Source of the DNA: Candidatus Saccharimonadota bacterium | GTDB lineage: Bacteria; Patescibacteriota; Saccharimonadia; Saccharimonadales; JACDBH01 | Direction of reading: 5' to 3' | Assembly: GCA_013694995.1 (NCBI GenBank) | Contig: JACDBH010000001.1 | Coordinates: 66,145-130,144 of the forward strand | Length of the DNA stretch: 64,000 nucleotides | In this document: positions 30,249 through 39,893 of the stretch, one piece after another | Numbering within the stretch: the stretch's first letter is position 1 | Layout of the letters: every line of letters starts with the position of its first letter | Position numbers and translations under genes: made by a program | Notes under the pieces: model-generated | The model's input: only the letters and a program-made list of their open reading frames with translations | The model's database searches: none | What the model was told of the DNA's origin: nothing

Positions 30249-30377
30249 AATCTTATTCTAAAGCATAGCTAACAGATGTAAAGCTGAGTAATATAAGTGT
30301 TCAATCCCGTATCTGTTAGAGTTATGAAAAACTGCTTTTATCTGGTACAATGACTCTTAAGTTAAACGGGAAACAAG

Positions 30378-30890
30378 ATGGAACGCACTCTGATAATATT
30401 GAAACCCGATGCTGTTAAAAGAGGCATTATTGGTGATATACTTTCACGCTTTGAACGTGTAGGCCTAAAAATTGTCGGTGCCAAGATGCTGAGACCCGAT
30501 CAAGAGCACTATCACCATCACTATGAAGGCATAAGCAAAATGGTCTCACGGCGCGGCCAGAAAGCTTTTGATGTTACTTTAGAAATGATGCAAGAAGGAC
30601 CCGTTATCGTCATGGTGCTAGAAGGCATAGAGGCAGTGTCTCTTGTACGTAAAATGGTAGGCACTACCGAACCTAAATCCGCACAGCCCGGTACCATACG
30701 GGGCGACTACGCACACATCAGCTTTGTACATGCCGATAAGGAGAGCATCGGCACACCCAATATTATTCACGCCTCAGGCGATGAAAAGGAAGCAGAAGCA
30801 GAGATCGCCCACTGGTTCAGCGATAGCGAACTTTTCGACTATGAAACCGTCTACGAAGTCTACACTCTAGCAAAATCGCGTAAAAAGTAA
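30378..30890 (+). CDS. ndk: Nucleoside diphosphate kinase
   Basis: ERTLIILKPDAV, PGTIRGD, NIIHAS. Confidence 0.97.
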   Translation: MERTLIILKPDAVKRGIIGDILSRFERVGLKIVGAKMLRPDQEHYHHHYEGISKMVSRRGQKAFDVTLEMMQEGPVIVMVLEGIEAVSLVRKMVGTTEPKSAQPGTIRGDYAHISFVHADKESIGTPNIIHASGDEKEAEAEIAHWFSDSELFDYETVYEVYTLAKSRKK

Positions 30891-30942
30891 TAAGTCATTC
30901 GCTAAATTACAGTTTTACGGTGTAAAATAGCTGTGTTGACGA

Positions 30943-31017
30943 GCCCCTGTAGTTCAATGGATAAAATAACTCCGTCCTAAGGAGAAGCTCTAGGTTCGAA
31001 TCCTGGCAGGGGCACCA
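30943..31017 (+). tRNA. tRNA-Arg(CCT)
   Basis: Acceptor gcccctg/caggggc, GTTCGAATC, CCA; weak D stem and A-A mismatch in anticodon stem. Confidence 0.85.
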
Positions 31018-31160
31018 ACTTTTAAAAATGAGCAACGAAGCTGGTTATTAAAAGTTGGTCCGCAGGATTCGAACCGGTAGGCATGTGTAGCCAGTGGCTG
31101 CACATGTTTTCTATGCTTGCCTCAGCGAATGGATTAATCCATGAGCGCATAGATGACATG

Positions 31161-31181
31161 CGAATCCTGGCAGGGGCACCA
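31161..31181 (+). repeat. Direct duplicate of tRNA-Arg 3' end
   Basis: cgaatcctggcaggggcacca identical to 30997-31017. Confidence 0.9.
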
Positions 31182-31229
31182 TCATATTGCATTCTGGTAC
31201 CCATAAAGCAAAACCTATACAATACTCTT

Positions 31230-31790
31230 ATGGCAAAACCCGGCCCTGTACAGTACTTTAAGGAACAATTCGAAGACGAAGAGGTATTGCTGGTATTCCG
31301 TAAACACCCGGTTGTCATGCGGCGCGGGCTTATCTATTCTTCAGTTGCAATTCTTTTGGGCACAGTACCATCACTTATCAAACCTGAATTCAGCTGGTTT
31401 TTTGGAGGGCTAGGAGCAGGCTTTTTACTTGCTATAATAGTATTTTTCCCTTTCTGGGTCAGCTGGTACTACAGCGTGTACATTATAACCAACCAGCGCA
31501 TGATTCAAATTACGCAAAAGGGAATGTTCCACCGTAGTATGGTTGGGCTGGGCCTTAATCAGATTCAAATGGTAAATTACGAAATCGGTGGCTTCCAGGA
31601 GACACTGCTGGGGTTTGGTACAATAATGATACAGACTTTCGTCGGGAGCCTAACTATTCATGAAGTACATCATCCGGCAAAGATCCAGAAGGAACTACTA
31701 CATATATTAAGGGACTTAGGAATTGATGCTAGTACGTCTCCAATGGGAGCGGTCGAAGCTGCAAATGGAGCATTAGAGGAAACAGAATGA
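31230..31790 (+). CDS. PH-domain membrane protein
   Basis: E.VLLVFRKHP, two TMs, YIITNQRMI, LLGFGTI.IQT. Confidence 0.8.
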   Translation: MAKPGPVQYFKEQFEDEEVLLVFRKHPVVMRRGLIYSSVAILLGTVPSLIKPEFSWFFGGLGAGFLLAIIVFFPFWVSWYYSVYIITNQRMIQITQKGMFHRSMVGLGLNQIQMVNYEIGGFQETLLGFGTIMIQTFVGSLTIHEVHHPAKIQKELLHILRDLGIDASTSPMGAVEAANGALEETE

Positions 31791-32860
31791 AAAAACGTTT
31801 GAAAAAATTACGAGATGCGGCCGGTATGCCCTTTAGGAAATTGCGCCGCAAGGACAAAGATGTCTTAGAAAACACAAAAGTCTCCATGATTACCAATGAC
31901 ACTATAGCTGAGCACCGTGAGGAAGTCTTGGCAGGTGCTCGTAAGTATATTTATCCGCTGCAACACTCGAAGCATCGCATAGTAATACTTTCATCTGTCA
32001 TTTTTGCAGTAACTGTCATTGCTTTTTCGGTTTATTCGCTGCTTTCATTGTACCGTTTTCAGACAACGTCAACATTTATGTACCGGGTGACTCAGGTTAT
32101 TCCTTTTCCGGTCGCAAAAGTTGACAATAAGTTTGTAACCTATGAGAATTATTTGTTCGAACTTCGCCATTACATACATTACTATCGTACTCAACAAAAG
32201 CTTAGTTTTGACACCGATGAGGGCAAACAAGAACTAAAAGACTTTAAAAAACAGGCCATGGACCGGGTTATAAATGACACATTTGTTAAACAACTAGCTG
32301 AAAAAAACGGCGTGCAAGTTACAAATCAGGAAGTAGACCGCGAAATAGCAGTGTTAAGGCAGCAGAACAGGCTAGGTACCAACGATAAAGTTTTCGAGGA
32401 TGTGCTCAGAGATTTCTGGGGTTGGTCACTTAGTGATTTCCGGCGCTCAGTACGTCAGCAACTACTGGCTCGGAAAATAGTCAGCAAGCTGGATAATAGC
32501 GCGCACGATCGGGCGGAAGCGGCGCTGTCGGCCACAAGGGCAGGGAGAGAATTCGCGGATGTAGCAAAAGAATATTCGGATGATACTTCAACCAAGGAAA
32601 CAGGGGGGGATTACGGGATTGTCATAGATGAATCAAGCCGCGACGTTGCCGCAAAAGTAACTGAGGTTATTTTCAATCAGGAGGCAGGGAAAGTGTCGGA
32701 GATTATTGATACCGGCTACTCACTGGAAATTATTAAGACATTGTCATTCGAAGGTGATAAGGCCCGCGCCGCTCACATCCAGATTAATTTCAAGGACATA
32801 AGTGAATACATCATGCCTCTTCAAGAAGCCCAGACGCCACGGTATTGTTTAAAAGTATAG
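31787..32860 (+). CDS. SurA/PrsA-like chaperone with parvulin PPIase domain
   Basis: PVAKVD, FADVAKEYSDD..K.TGGDYG, AAHI. Confidence 0.88.
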   Translation: MKKRLKKLRDAAGMPFRKLRRKDKDVLENTKVSMITNDTIAEHREEVLAGARKYIYPLQHSKHRIVILSSVIFAVTVIAFSVYSLLSLYRFQTTSTFMYRVTQVIPFPVAKVDNKFVTYENYLFELRHYIHYYRTQQKLSFDTDEGKQELKDFKKQAMDRVINDTFVKQLAEKNGVQVTNQEVDREIAVLRQQNRLGTNDKVFEDVLRDFWGWSLSDFRRSVRQQLLARKIVSKLDNSAHDRAEAALSATRAGREFADVAKEYSDDTSTKETGGDYGIVIDESSRDVAAKVTEVIFNQEAGKVSEIIDTGYSLEIIKTLSFEGDKARAAHIQINFKDISEYIMPLQEAQTPRYCLKV

Positions 32861-32958
32861 TAATCTTCCCGGTAAGAAAATGATTTCTGGTGGTTAAACG
32901 CCTGACAGATGAGGATTAATCGCTTAGTTTTGCTATCCATAACGGACAAAGTCTGGAA

Positions 32959-33270
32959 CTATTTTTGTCTAATTATTTCCAGCAAGCCACGAGCTGCTTC
33001 TAATGCATTAGGCTGAACGTCGGGACTTTGCTCAAGCAATTCAAGACTCATAACTATGTCTGCCTTGCTACGTTCTATTTCGCCGCCCTTTAGATATATA
33101 ACCAGGTCTTTTTGATCTTCACCCGTTGAGAGTTGACTGTGCACATCAAGAAAAGTAGTTAATTGGCTTTCAGCTTTAGTATTTATTCCAGTCGAAGATA
33201 GAGCATCGCGAGCCGTAGCTATTTGTAGCCTACCTTGAAGAAACAACTCATCTGGACCAAGTTCTCGCAT
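32959..33270 (-). CDS. Hypothetical protein
   Basis: About 103 aa ORF from ATG 33270. Confidence 0.6.
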   Translation of the reverse strand: MRELGPDELFLQGRLQIATARDALSSTGINTKAESQLTTFLDVHSQLSTGEDQKDLVIYLKGGEIERSKADIVMSLELLEQSPDVQPNALEAARGLLEIIRQK

Positions 33271-33312
33271 AATAAAAACACTATACAATTATATCTGTAT
33301 AGTGTAAATATC

Positions 33313-33389
33313 TGGCGGGGCCGACCGGATTCGAACCGGCGATCTCCTCCGTGACAGGGAGGCATGTTAGGCCTCTACACCACGGCCCC
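33313..33389 (-). tRNA. tRNA-Asp(GTC)
   Basis: Full cloverleaf, CCA end. Confidence 0.96.
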
Positions 33390-33455
33390 TCGTCGGATGT
33401 TGCGCCATTACCTCGTTTTGCCCTAAAGTGCAAAAGCTTCGGCTTATGGCTTGCA

Positions 33456-33567
33456 TCCTCCTCTCGAATTTGCTATTCCTCTAGCAAATTCGGAAAGACA
33501 TCTAAACATGGAACTTGGTCGGTTCCTCCTCTCGGTTTCAAGAATCCTCTCTTGAAACCGGAAAGAC
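33456..33567 (-). repeat. Two tandem hairpin units GTCTTTCCG-stem-GAGGAW-stem-CGAGAGGAGGA
   Basis: Units at 33456-33499 and 33524-33567 have identical flanks and different 9-bp stems. Confidence 0.8.
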
Positions 33568-33867
33568 CAACAGACCAAGCCGTCTCCTCTCAGTTGCCCG
33601 AACGGCCGGCAAGTGGTCTGGTTCGATCAACTGGGTTAGCTTCAAAGAACAAAAAAGCTTGGAACGCTATGTCCAAGCAAATACGCCTGTCACTACGTTT
33701 CAAATAATTCTATCAGAACAGGGGTAATAACGCAAATACCCGTAATACCTAATTGCAAAACCAGCGTTTAGCACAGAAAATATTGCTTAATCAATTTATT
33801 GCAAAGAGTACAAACCGCTAAAATCTGAAGGACTCTGGTATAATTGCCCCTGTTCATTACGTGATAC

Positions 33868-33943
33868 GCCGGAGTAACTCAGTTGGTAGAGTAGCTGTTT
33901 CGTAAATAGCAAGTCGTGGGTTCGAGTCCCATCTCCGGCTCCA
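33868..33943 (+). tRNA. tRNA-Thr(CGT)
   Basis: Cloverleaf, gctgt-TT CGT AA-atagc, CCA. Confidence 0.95.
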
Positions 33944-34032
33944 GGTTTGTCTTTGCCGGCTTTGCGAGAGGATTCGCAAAAGCCGAATAGCGAAGAGACC
34001 TTAGCTCAGTAACCTAACCATTACGCCTCGAC

Positions 34033-34085
34033 GCGGGTATCGTATAACGGCTATTATCATCCTTCCAGAAGGATAAAACGAGGGT
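34033..34085 (+). pseudogene. 5' partial copy of tRNA-Gly with altered anticodon arm
   Basis: Matches 34228-34280 except the anticodon region; ends at T arm GAGGGT. Confidence 0.8.
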
Positions 34086-34227
34086 GAGAAGTGCCAGCGG
34101 CACTTCGCAAGGCCGGAAGCCCTGCGTGGCTTGGCAGCCACCAGAGCTGAGGCGGGGTCGCAAAATTTTTCTGATAGAAAAATATCTGTGACCGACTCGG
34201 AGTCGAACCAGGTATAAACTTTAACGC

Positions 34228-34302
34228 GCGGGTATCGTATAACGGCTATTATGTATCCTTCCCAAGGATAAAACGAGGGTTCGACTCCCTCTACCCGCAC
34301 CA
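34228..34302 (+). tRNA. tRNA-Gly(CCC)
   Basis: Cloverleaf, tatcc-TT CCC AA-ggata, CCA. Confidence 0.95.
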
Positions 34303-34490
34303 TATAATACTATCCAGCTTGTTTGGGTAGTATTATATGTCTGAGTTAGAGAAAGCCAACTGCTTGGCTTTCGTAGGGAGTCGAACAGCCGGAGCCATGT
34401 CTGAGTTTGCTCCTTAAAGGAGCAAGGCGAAGACGGCGAGGCGGGCCAGCAAGCATTTTTCGTCAGATAAAATGACTTGTGGGTCGAACT

Positions 34491-34508
34491 CTCCCTCTAC
34501 CCGCACCA
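34491..34508 (+). repeat. Direct duplicate of tRNA-Gly 3' end
   Basis: ctccctctacccgcacca. Confidence 0.85.
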
Positions 34509-34592
34509 GTAGAGAGCAAAAATGGGTCGCTTGTGGTTAATAATATTGTTCGCTTCAACACCCAGGGTCAGCTATAATGAGAACTAATTCTT

Positions 34593-34949
34593 ATGACAAT
34601 TCCAAGCAGATATTTTCATAACCGTTCGGTGTTGTTGCTGCTCATTATTAACAGCATCCTGCTGGTGATAGGCGTGCTACTGATACTCTTTAGGTTGGAT
34701 TCCGATACAACCACAAGTTATATCCTAGAATACCGAGCGAATCTGGTTATAGGAGACTACAAAATAGGCTCGAGCCTGGATATGGCCGGCTTTATATTTT
34801 TCATGTTAATTAACTTCTTTTTATCAATAATCTTAAGCCTTAGGACATTCGGGTTGCGTAAACATGTGGCAGTCATGATTTTAGGGATCTCCAGTCTTAT
34901 CACGCTATTAACTATAATTGTTAGCAATGCTTTGATGGCTCTGAGATGA
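34593..34949 (+). CDS. Small membrane protein with three TM segments
   Basis: Three hydrophobic segments; coupled to next gene. Confidence 0.8.
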   Translation: MTIPSRYFHNRSVLLLLIINSILLVIGVLLILFRLDSDTTTSYILEYRANLVIGDYKIGSSLDMAGFIFFMLINFFLSIILSLRTFGLRKHVAVMILGISSLITLLTIIVSNALMALR

Positions 34950-36535
34950 AAAATCTGGAGATACCCTATGCTGAAGAACGAAACTGGAAATACAGGTTCT
35001 GGGAAATAGTACCGGGTGCCCTCAGCTGGACTATATTACTCATGCCATTTATATTAAGTATTTTTAATCCGACGCTTTTTGCAATCTTTATCATCGCTTA
35101 TCTACTAGTGTGGTTTATTAAAGGCATAGTGATGAGTCTTCGTTCCGTACAAGGCTACAGATTACTCACTCGTCAGCAGAACCTAAACTGGGAGTTATTA
35201 CTTGATGACTTGGAGGCGAAAGAACTAACTCACCCACACGGTAAGAACCCTAAGTGGCATATCAATAACCTTGAGCGCCTAAAGGACTTTCCGCTTTTCT
35301 GCCGCCCAAGTGAGCTATACCACACCGTTATTATTGCTACTTATAACGAAAGTCGTGATACGCTCGAACCCACTATTCAGTCTGTATTAAAGTCAAAATA
35401 TGACATGAAAAAGGTAATTCTTATTCTAGCCTACGAAGAGCGTGGTGGGACTGAGGTAGAATCCCAGGCTAAAGCTTTGATAAGCGAGTACGCGCAGTAT
35501 TTTAAGCATGCGGAAGCAGTTAAGCATCCTAATGATATACCTGGTGAAGTCATAGGCAAGGGAGGCAATATAACTTTTGCCGGCCGTGTACTGCAAAAAT
35601 ATCTGGCTAGCGAGCACACAGATCCAGGACATGTGGCAGTAACGACCCTGGATGCCGATAACCGCCCCCACCCATGGTATCTGGCTGCTCTGACATATAC
35701 TTTTTGTAGTACAGAAGATCCCAGGTATGTCTCGTACCAGCCAATACCCCTATTTCTGAACAATATCTGGGATGCACCCTCCATGATGCGCGTAATCGCT
35801 ACAGGCAACTCATTTTGGAATATAGTACTGAGCTTGAGGCCGCATATGCTGCGTAACTTCAGCTCTCATGCTCAAAGCATGCAAGCGCTGATAGACACAG
35901 ATTTTTGGAGTGTACGGACAATTGTAGAAGACGGACATCAGTACTGGCGCACTTATTTCCGCTTTAACGGCAAGCACGAGGTATATCCAATATTCATACC
36001 AATTTACCAAGATGCCGTATTAGCTAGTACTTATCGTAAGACTCTTAAGGCTCAGTTCATCCAAATCCGCCGCTGGGCTTGGGGAGCGAGCGACATAGCA
36101 TATGCTGCCCATATGGGCTTTAGAAGAGGTAACAAGGTGCCAAAGCTGGAATTCTTAATGAAATTCATGCGACTTATGGAAGGGCATGTATCCTGGGCGA
36201 CTGCTTCGCTCTTAATACTTGTCGCACCGCTTATCCCGGTCGTAATTCAGCCCGAGAATTTTGTCGCCAATCAGTTGCCGCGGCTTGCCAGCACCATTCA
36301 GACCGTCGCTTTGGTAGGTATTTTTGTTAGTCTACTTTTAAGCTTAAAATTCTTGCCTCCACGGCCCGAACGCTATAAACGGCACCGCAATGTCTTCATG
36401 GTCTTGCAATGGGCGCTACTGCCGGTTACGACCATTATGTATAACACCTTGGCGGCTATCTATTCTCAGACACGTTTGATGTTTGGCAAGTACCTCGGTA
36501 AATTCGACGTAACTGAGAAGGCAGTCAAAAAGTAG
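34946..36535 (+). CDS. Membrane-bound family 2 glycosyltransferase
   Basis: ATYNE, GKGGN, LDAD, IVEDG, QIRRW. Confidence 0.92.
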   Translation: MKNLEIPYAEERNWKYRFWEIVPGALSWTILLMPFILSIFNPTLFAIFIIAYLLVWFIKGIVMSLRSVQGYRLLTRQQNLNWELLLDDLEAKELTHPHGKNPKWHINNLERLKDFPLFCRPSELYHTVIIATYNESRDTLEPTIQSVLKSKYDMKKVILILAYEERGGTEVESQAKALISEYAQYFKHAEAVKHPNDIPGEVIGKGGNITFAGRVLQKYLASEHTDPGHVAVTTLDADNRPHPWYLAALTYTFCSTEDPRYVSYQPIPLFLNNIWDAPSMMRVIATGNSFWNIVLSLRPHMLRNFSSHAQSMQALIDTDFWSVRTIVEDGHQYWRTYFRFNGKHEVYPIFIPIYQDAVLASTYRKTLKAQFIQIRRWAWGASDIAYAAHMGFRRGNKVPKLEFLMKFMRLMEGHVSWATASLLILVAPLIPVVIQPENFVANQLPRLASTIQTVALVGIFVSLLLSLKFLPPRPERYKRHRNVFMVLQWALLPVTTIMYNTLAAIYSQTRLMFGKYLGKFDVTEKAVKK

Positions 36536-36585
36536 GGTCAGCGGTAATAAGTTAATCTGCCATTATCTGTACTGAACGATTTACG

Positions 36586-37014
36586 CTAGAACATTTTCAG
36601 AGCTTTTTGGTGGTAGGCTTTGTAAGTAGTAGCGGCCAGCGGGTCAAATCGCCTTAAAGTTTCATAGGATACTTTGGCAAGATCTTCAGTTAGTAAGTAG
36701 CCTTTAGAGGCTAATTTGTTATGCAACAGGCGGCCAATTACTGTTTCGGTTAAGGCAGTTGAACTATTGAGGGAGTCCGGGCGATGGCCTAGAGATTTAT
36801 AAATGCTTAAAAATAATTTGTCCCGCATAAAAGGCTGTAACTTATGTTCTGCACACGACTCAACTAGTAGTGCTGCTGTATAGTCAGGCCTTTCAAGAGT
36901 AGTAAATTGTGCGACGCATACTTCACAGCCCCTGCGACGCCATACAGAAGGGTTGCGTGCCTTTGGCCGAGAGTTAAGGACTCTAGTTTCACATCCGCAA
37001 TATATACAAACCAT
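36586..37014 (-). CDS. nrdR: NrdR-like regulator
   Basis: CxxC, TRVLNSR, RRRGCxxC..FTTLE, ATP-cone-like F.RDKL. Confidence 0.85.
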   Translation of the reverse strand: MVCIYCGCETRVLNSRPKARNPSVWRRRGCEVCVAQFTTLERPDYTAALLVESCAEHKLQPFMRDKLFLSIYKSLGHRPDSLNSSTALTETVIGRLLHNKLASKGYLLTEDLAKVSYETLRRFDPLAATTYKAYHQKALKMF

Positions 37015-37080
37015 GTCAACATATTGTCATAACGCTATATATATTACCAGTGGAAAACAATTAAAATATTGGGGATAAAC

Positions 37081-37108
37081 AAAAACCGCGAACAAATTCG
37101 CGGTTTTT
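37081..37108 (-). terminator. Intrinsic terminator
   Basis: aaaaaccgcgaa-caaa-ttcgcggttttt. Confidence 0.8.
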
Positions 37109-37141
37109 AATTTTCCACCTCTGTTACAAATTCACGTTTGT

Positions 37142-37246
37142 TTAAGCTCGTTGCCTACGCAGACGTTGCTTAACGGGTTTACCTTTGAGTAGCTCTTCGT
37201 AGAACAACTTAAAGCCGTCAAGCGAGATTGGTTGAGATTCACTCAC
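37142..37246 (-). CDS. Putative 34-aa small protein MSESQPISLDGFKLFYEELLKGKPVKQRLRRQRA
   Basis: GGGAG RBS, GTG start, upstream TTGACT-17-TAACAT, downstream terminator. Confidence 0.6.
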   Translation of the reverse strand: MSESQPISLDGFKLFYEELLKGKPVKQRLRRQRA

Positions 37247-37391
37247 CAAAAACTCCCGATTAACACGCTTATGTTAACATAAAAGACAAATAAAGTCAAT
37301 GATTATGCTATAATTACATCATAATGAGCGAAAAACAAATGTGTTTAATTTTCTGAAAAATGTGTAATTGCACGAAGTATAATTAACACCT

Positions 37392-38486
37392 GTGAGCGAC
37401 GTAAAAACTACATTTTTTGAACAAAAGTCTGTTAACCATGATGGGAGCCGTATGGGAATTCTACATACTAGACGAGGTGACGTAAAAACACCGACTTTCA
37501 TGCCCGACGGGACGCGAGGAGTGGTTAAAAGTCTGACAGCTGAACAGGTTAAATCCACAGGAGTCGACATCGTACTTGCTAATACCTACCATTTACACCT
37601 GCAGCCAGGTGAAAAAGTAGTGCAAAAGCTTGGTGGGTTGCATGAGTTTGGTAAGTGGCAGGGACCGATTTTGACTGATTCGGGCGGGTTTCAGGTGTTT
37701 TCTTTAAGCAAACTACGCAAAATTACCGAAGAAGGTGTGACATTTAAGCATCCAGTCACTGGCGAGATGCGCCTATTGACCCCAGAGACTTCTATGCAGA
37801 TTCAACTTGCGCTCGGCAGCGATATGATTGTTGCCTTTGATCACCTCACCGGGCTAGACGAAACCTCTATTAAAGACACGCATGAGGCATTTGAGCGGAC
37901 GCACCGCTGGCTGGAGCGCTGTATAACTGAATACAATCGGCTTACGGCCGATATGCCCCCTGAGGAGCGGCCGATACTGTTCGGCGTAGTTCAAGGTGGC
38001 TTAGACAAAAACTTGCGCAAAAAGAGTCTGGAAATCGTCCAGGCGAGCGGCGTTGCCGGCATCGCCATCGGCGGGCTGTCGGTGGGTGAATCCAAAGAAG
38101 AGATGTATAAAATCCTTGAACACCTGGCGCCTTTGTATGACGATTCTGGGCGACCGCGGTTTCTGCTGGGCGTAGGTGCCCCGCCCGATATCCGCTACGC
38201 CATCGAACACGGCATCGATATGCTGGATTGCGTGCTACCGACGCGTAACGCCCGCCACGCCACGGTGTGGGTTGAAGGTGACAAGAAGCTGCATCTGACG
38301 AACGCCCAATATATAGAGGACGCCGGCCCGATTGACGAAAGCTGCGATTGCTATACCTGTAAATCCGGATACAGCAAAGGATTCCTGCGGCACCAGTTCA
38401 AGGTGAGCGAACCACTGGCTGGCAGTCTGTGCAGCATCCATAACCTGCGCTACTTGCAGCGCATCTGCGAGGGTTATCGTGATTAA
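37392..38486 (+). CDS. tgt: tRNA-guanine transglycosylase
   Basis: TPTFMP.GT, LANTYHL, LTDSGGFQVFSL, DCVLPTRNAR, CDCYTC, HNL. Confidence 0.97.
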   Translation: MSDVKTTFFEQKSVNHDGSRMGILHTRRGDVKTPTFMPDGTRGVVKSLTAEQVKSTGVDIVLANTYHLHLQPGEKVVQKLGGLHEFGKWQGPILTDSGGFQVFSLSKLRKITEEGVTFKHPVTGEMRLLTPETSMQIQLALGSDMIVAFDHLTGLDETSIKDTHEAFERTHRWLERCITEYNRLTADMPPEERPILFGVVQGGLDKNLRKKSLEIVQASGVAGIAIGGLSVGESKEEMYKILEHLAPLYDDSGRPRFLLGVGAPPDIRYAIEHGIDMLDCVLPTRNARHATVWVEGDKKLHLTNAQYIEDAGPIDESCDCYTCKSGYSKGFLRHQFKVSEPLAGSLCSIHNLRYLQRICEGYRD

Positions 38487-39075
38487 TAATGAACTTATCC
38501 GCGGCACCTTGGATTATGAATGGGAAACTGGGTCTGAAGGCGGATATTGGTCTATTGTCGATAAGGACAGTCTTCTCATTGCACCCATTTCACACGGCGT
38601 TTTTGCCGGTACTAAGGTATTTGCTAAGGACAATATTGAACGAAGAGGTAGAGTGCTCTCTGCTATGAATCCGGACGGCAGCGAGTTCGTGATCGCGCAT
38701 GCTGGCGATGTCGTGCAGGCTTTTATAGAGTGGGAAGATGGTGAACAGGAGTTGATGATGTCATCAGATCTGACGCAGCAATCAATTAGTTTCGATGGGA
38801 TATGGGAGGTTAAGGACGGGGATTATCTGACGGTGTACGAAAAAATCATGCCAGCACGGGTTGCTTGGGAGGGGCTGGTCAAGTTTCTTCGCAAAGACCC
38901 TGACACCTATGAGGAACTGGATCCGCCATACGTACAGGAGTCGGCCGATCCAACGATATGGAGGCACTGGTTCTTGTATGCATATCCTGCAACCCTAATG
39001 CGCCCCACGGGGTTTATCCGTCCAAAGTCTATTCCGCCAATTACTGGGTTACGACGTCAAAAACCCAAAGAATAA
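38479..39075 (+). CDS. Hypothetical protein
   Basis: 198 aa ORF overlapping tgt stop; ETGSEGGYW, GDYLTVY. Confidence 0.7.
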   Translation: MINNELIRGTLDYEWETGSEGGYWSIVDKDSLLIAPISHGVFAGTKVFAKDNIERRGRVLSAMNPDGSEFVIAHAGDVVQAFIEWEDGEQELMMSSDLTQQSISFDGIWEVKDGDYLTVYEKIMPARVAWEGLVKFLRKDPDTYEELDPPYVQESADPTIWRHWFLYAYPATLMRPTGFIRPKSIPPITGLRRQKPKE

Positions 39076-39137
39076 GCCGGTGTCACACCATCAATTGAAA
39101 AAAAGCGGCAAATAAGGTATATTCTAATCTGTTAGGA

Positions 39138-39214
39138 GGGCTCTTAGCTCATTTGGCTAGAGCGCCACATTGACGTTGTGGAGGTGATAGGTTCGAATCC
39201 TATAGGGCCCACCA
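39138..39214 (+). tRNA. tRNA-Val(GAC)
   Basis: Cloverleaf, ccaca-TT GAC GT-tgtgg, CCA; terminator follows. Confidence 0.96.
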
Positions 39215-39459
39215 AAAAGACATCTAAATTGCCAGGTGTCTTTTTCTATATGACAGTTAAATGCGTACCGATTTAGAAATACGAACAAACTGTCGCAATT
39301 ATAATTTTTGCGACGACTGTACGTATATGAATATTCATATCATGGAATGAATAGAGAGAGTATAAGTAGATATACACACTATCCACAGGGCAGAAGCCAA
39401 AAATAGCTAAAAACCTGAAATAAGTACTAGCACTATGATGCTAGTACGTGTATAGTAGC

Positions 39460-39700
39460 TGTTAGGTGAAGTTTTGCGATGTGTTTGTGATACAATACAT
39501 CACGAGCCATGACGTGGAATTCACCAGCCACCGAGCTCCGTCGGCCAACAGAACGTACGTTAACGTGAGGTCAACAAGTCTCTAGAGTATAGAGAGAAGT
39601 CCGGTGGAACCGTCCTGAACCTTTAATCATCTACACATATCTGCACCCCTGGTGCCGTACCTTATCAACAGATGATTAAATGGCTTTCAGGTCCCGAGAC
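39460..39700 (+). promoter_or_regulatory. T-box riboswitch-like leader of thrS
   Basis: AAGTCCGGTGGAACCG with UGGAACC bulge at 39605-39611 closed by tcaggtcccg; upstream of an aminoacyl-tRNA synthetase. Confidence 0.7.
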
Positions 39701-39774
39701 GCGCTACAAATAGATTTGAGTGTATTTGCGAGAGCATTCAAAACCTATTGTTATGGCGCGTCTTTTAATTTGTC

Positions 39775-39893
39775 GGACTTTTTGCTCGGCACATTTTGGC
39801 TATGCAACTTCGTGCCGCTGTCACCGTACACTAAAGTACGGCTCGGTTACGGTACTCGTTACAGCACTCAAACTGCACTCGAGCAAAACGCCC
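39775..39893. repeat. Long imperfect palindrome (RPE-like family)
   Basis: ttttgctcg...cgagcaaaa ends; core tcaccgtacactaaagtacggctcgg. Confidence 0.75.

Noticed and set aside
29017..31181. Prophage or integrative island at tRNA-Arg with the tyrosine recombinase
   Set aside because: Recombinase looks like housekeeping Xer, lies outside the duplicated tRNA ends, and no phage genes are present
33351..34303. ORF-track calls 33351-33707, 33515-33727 and 34001-34303
   Set aside because: Overlap tRNAs and hairpin repeats; no protein features
37900..38486. Apparent GC increase in the 3' half of tgt
   Set aside because: Could indicate mosaic origin but cannot be quantified by eye
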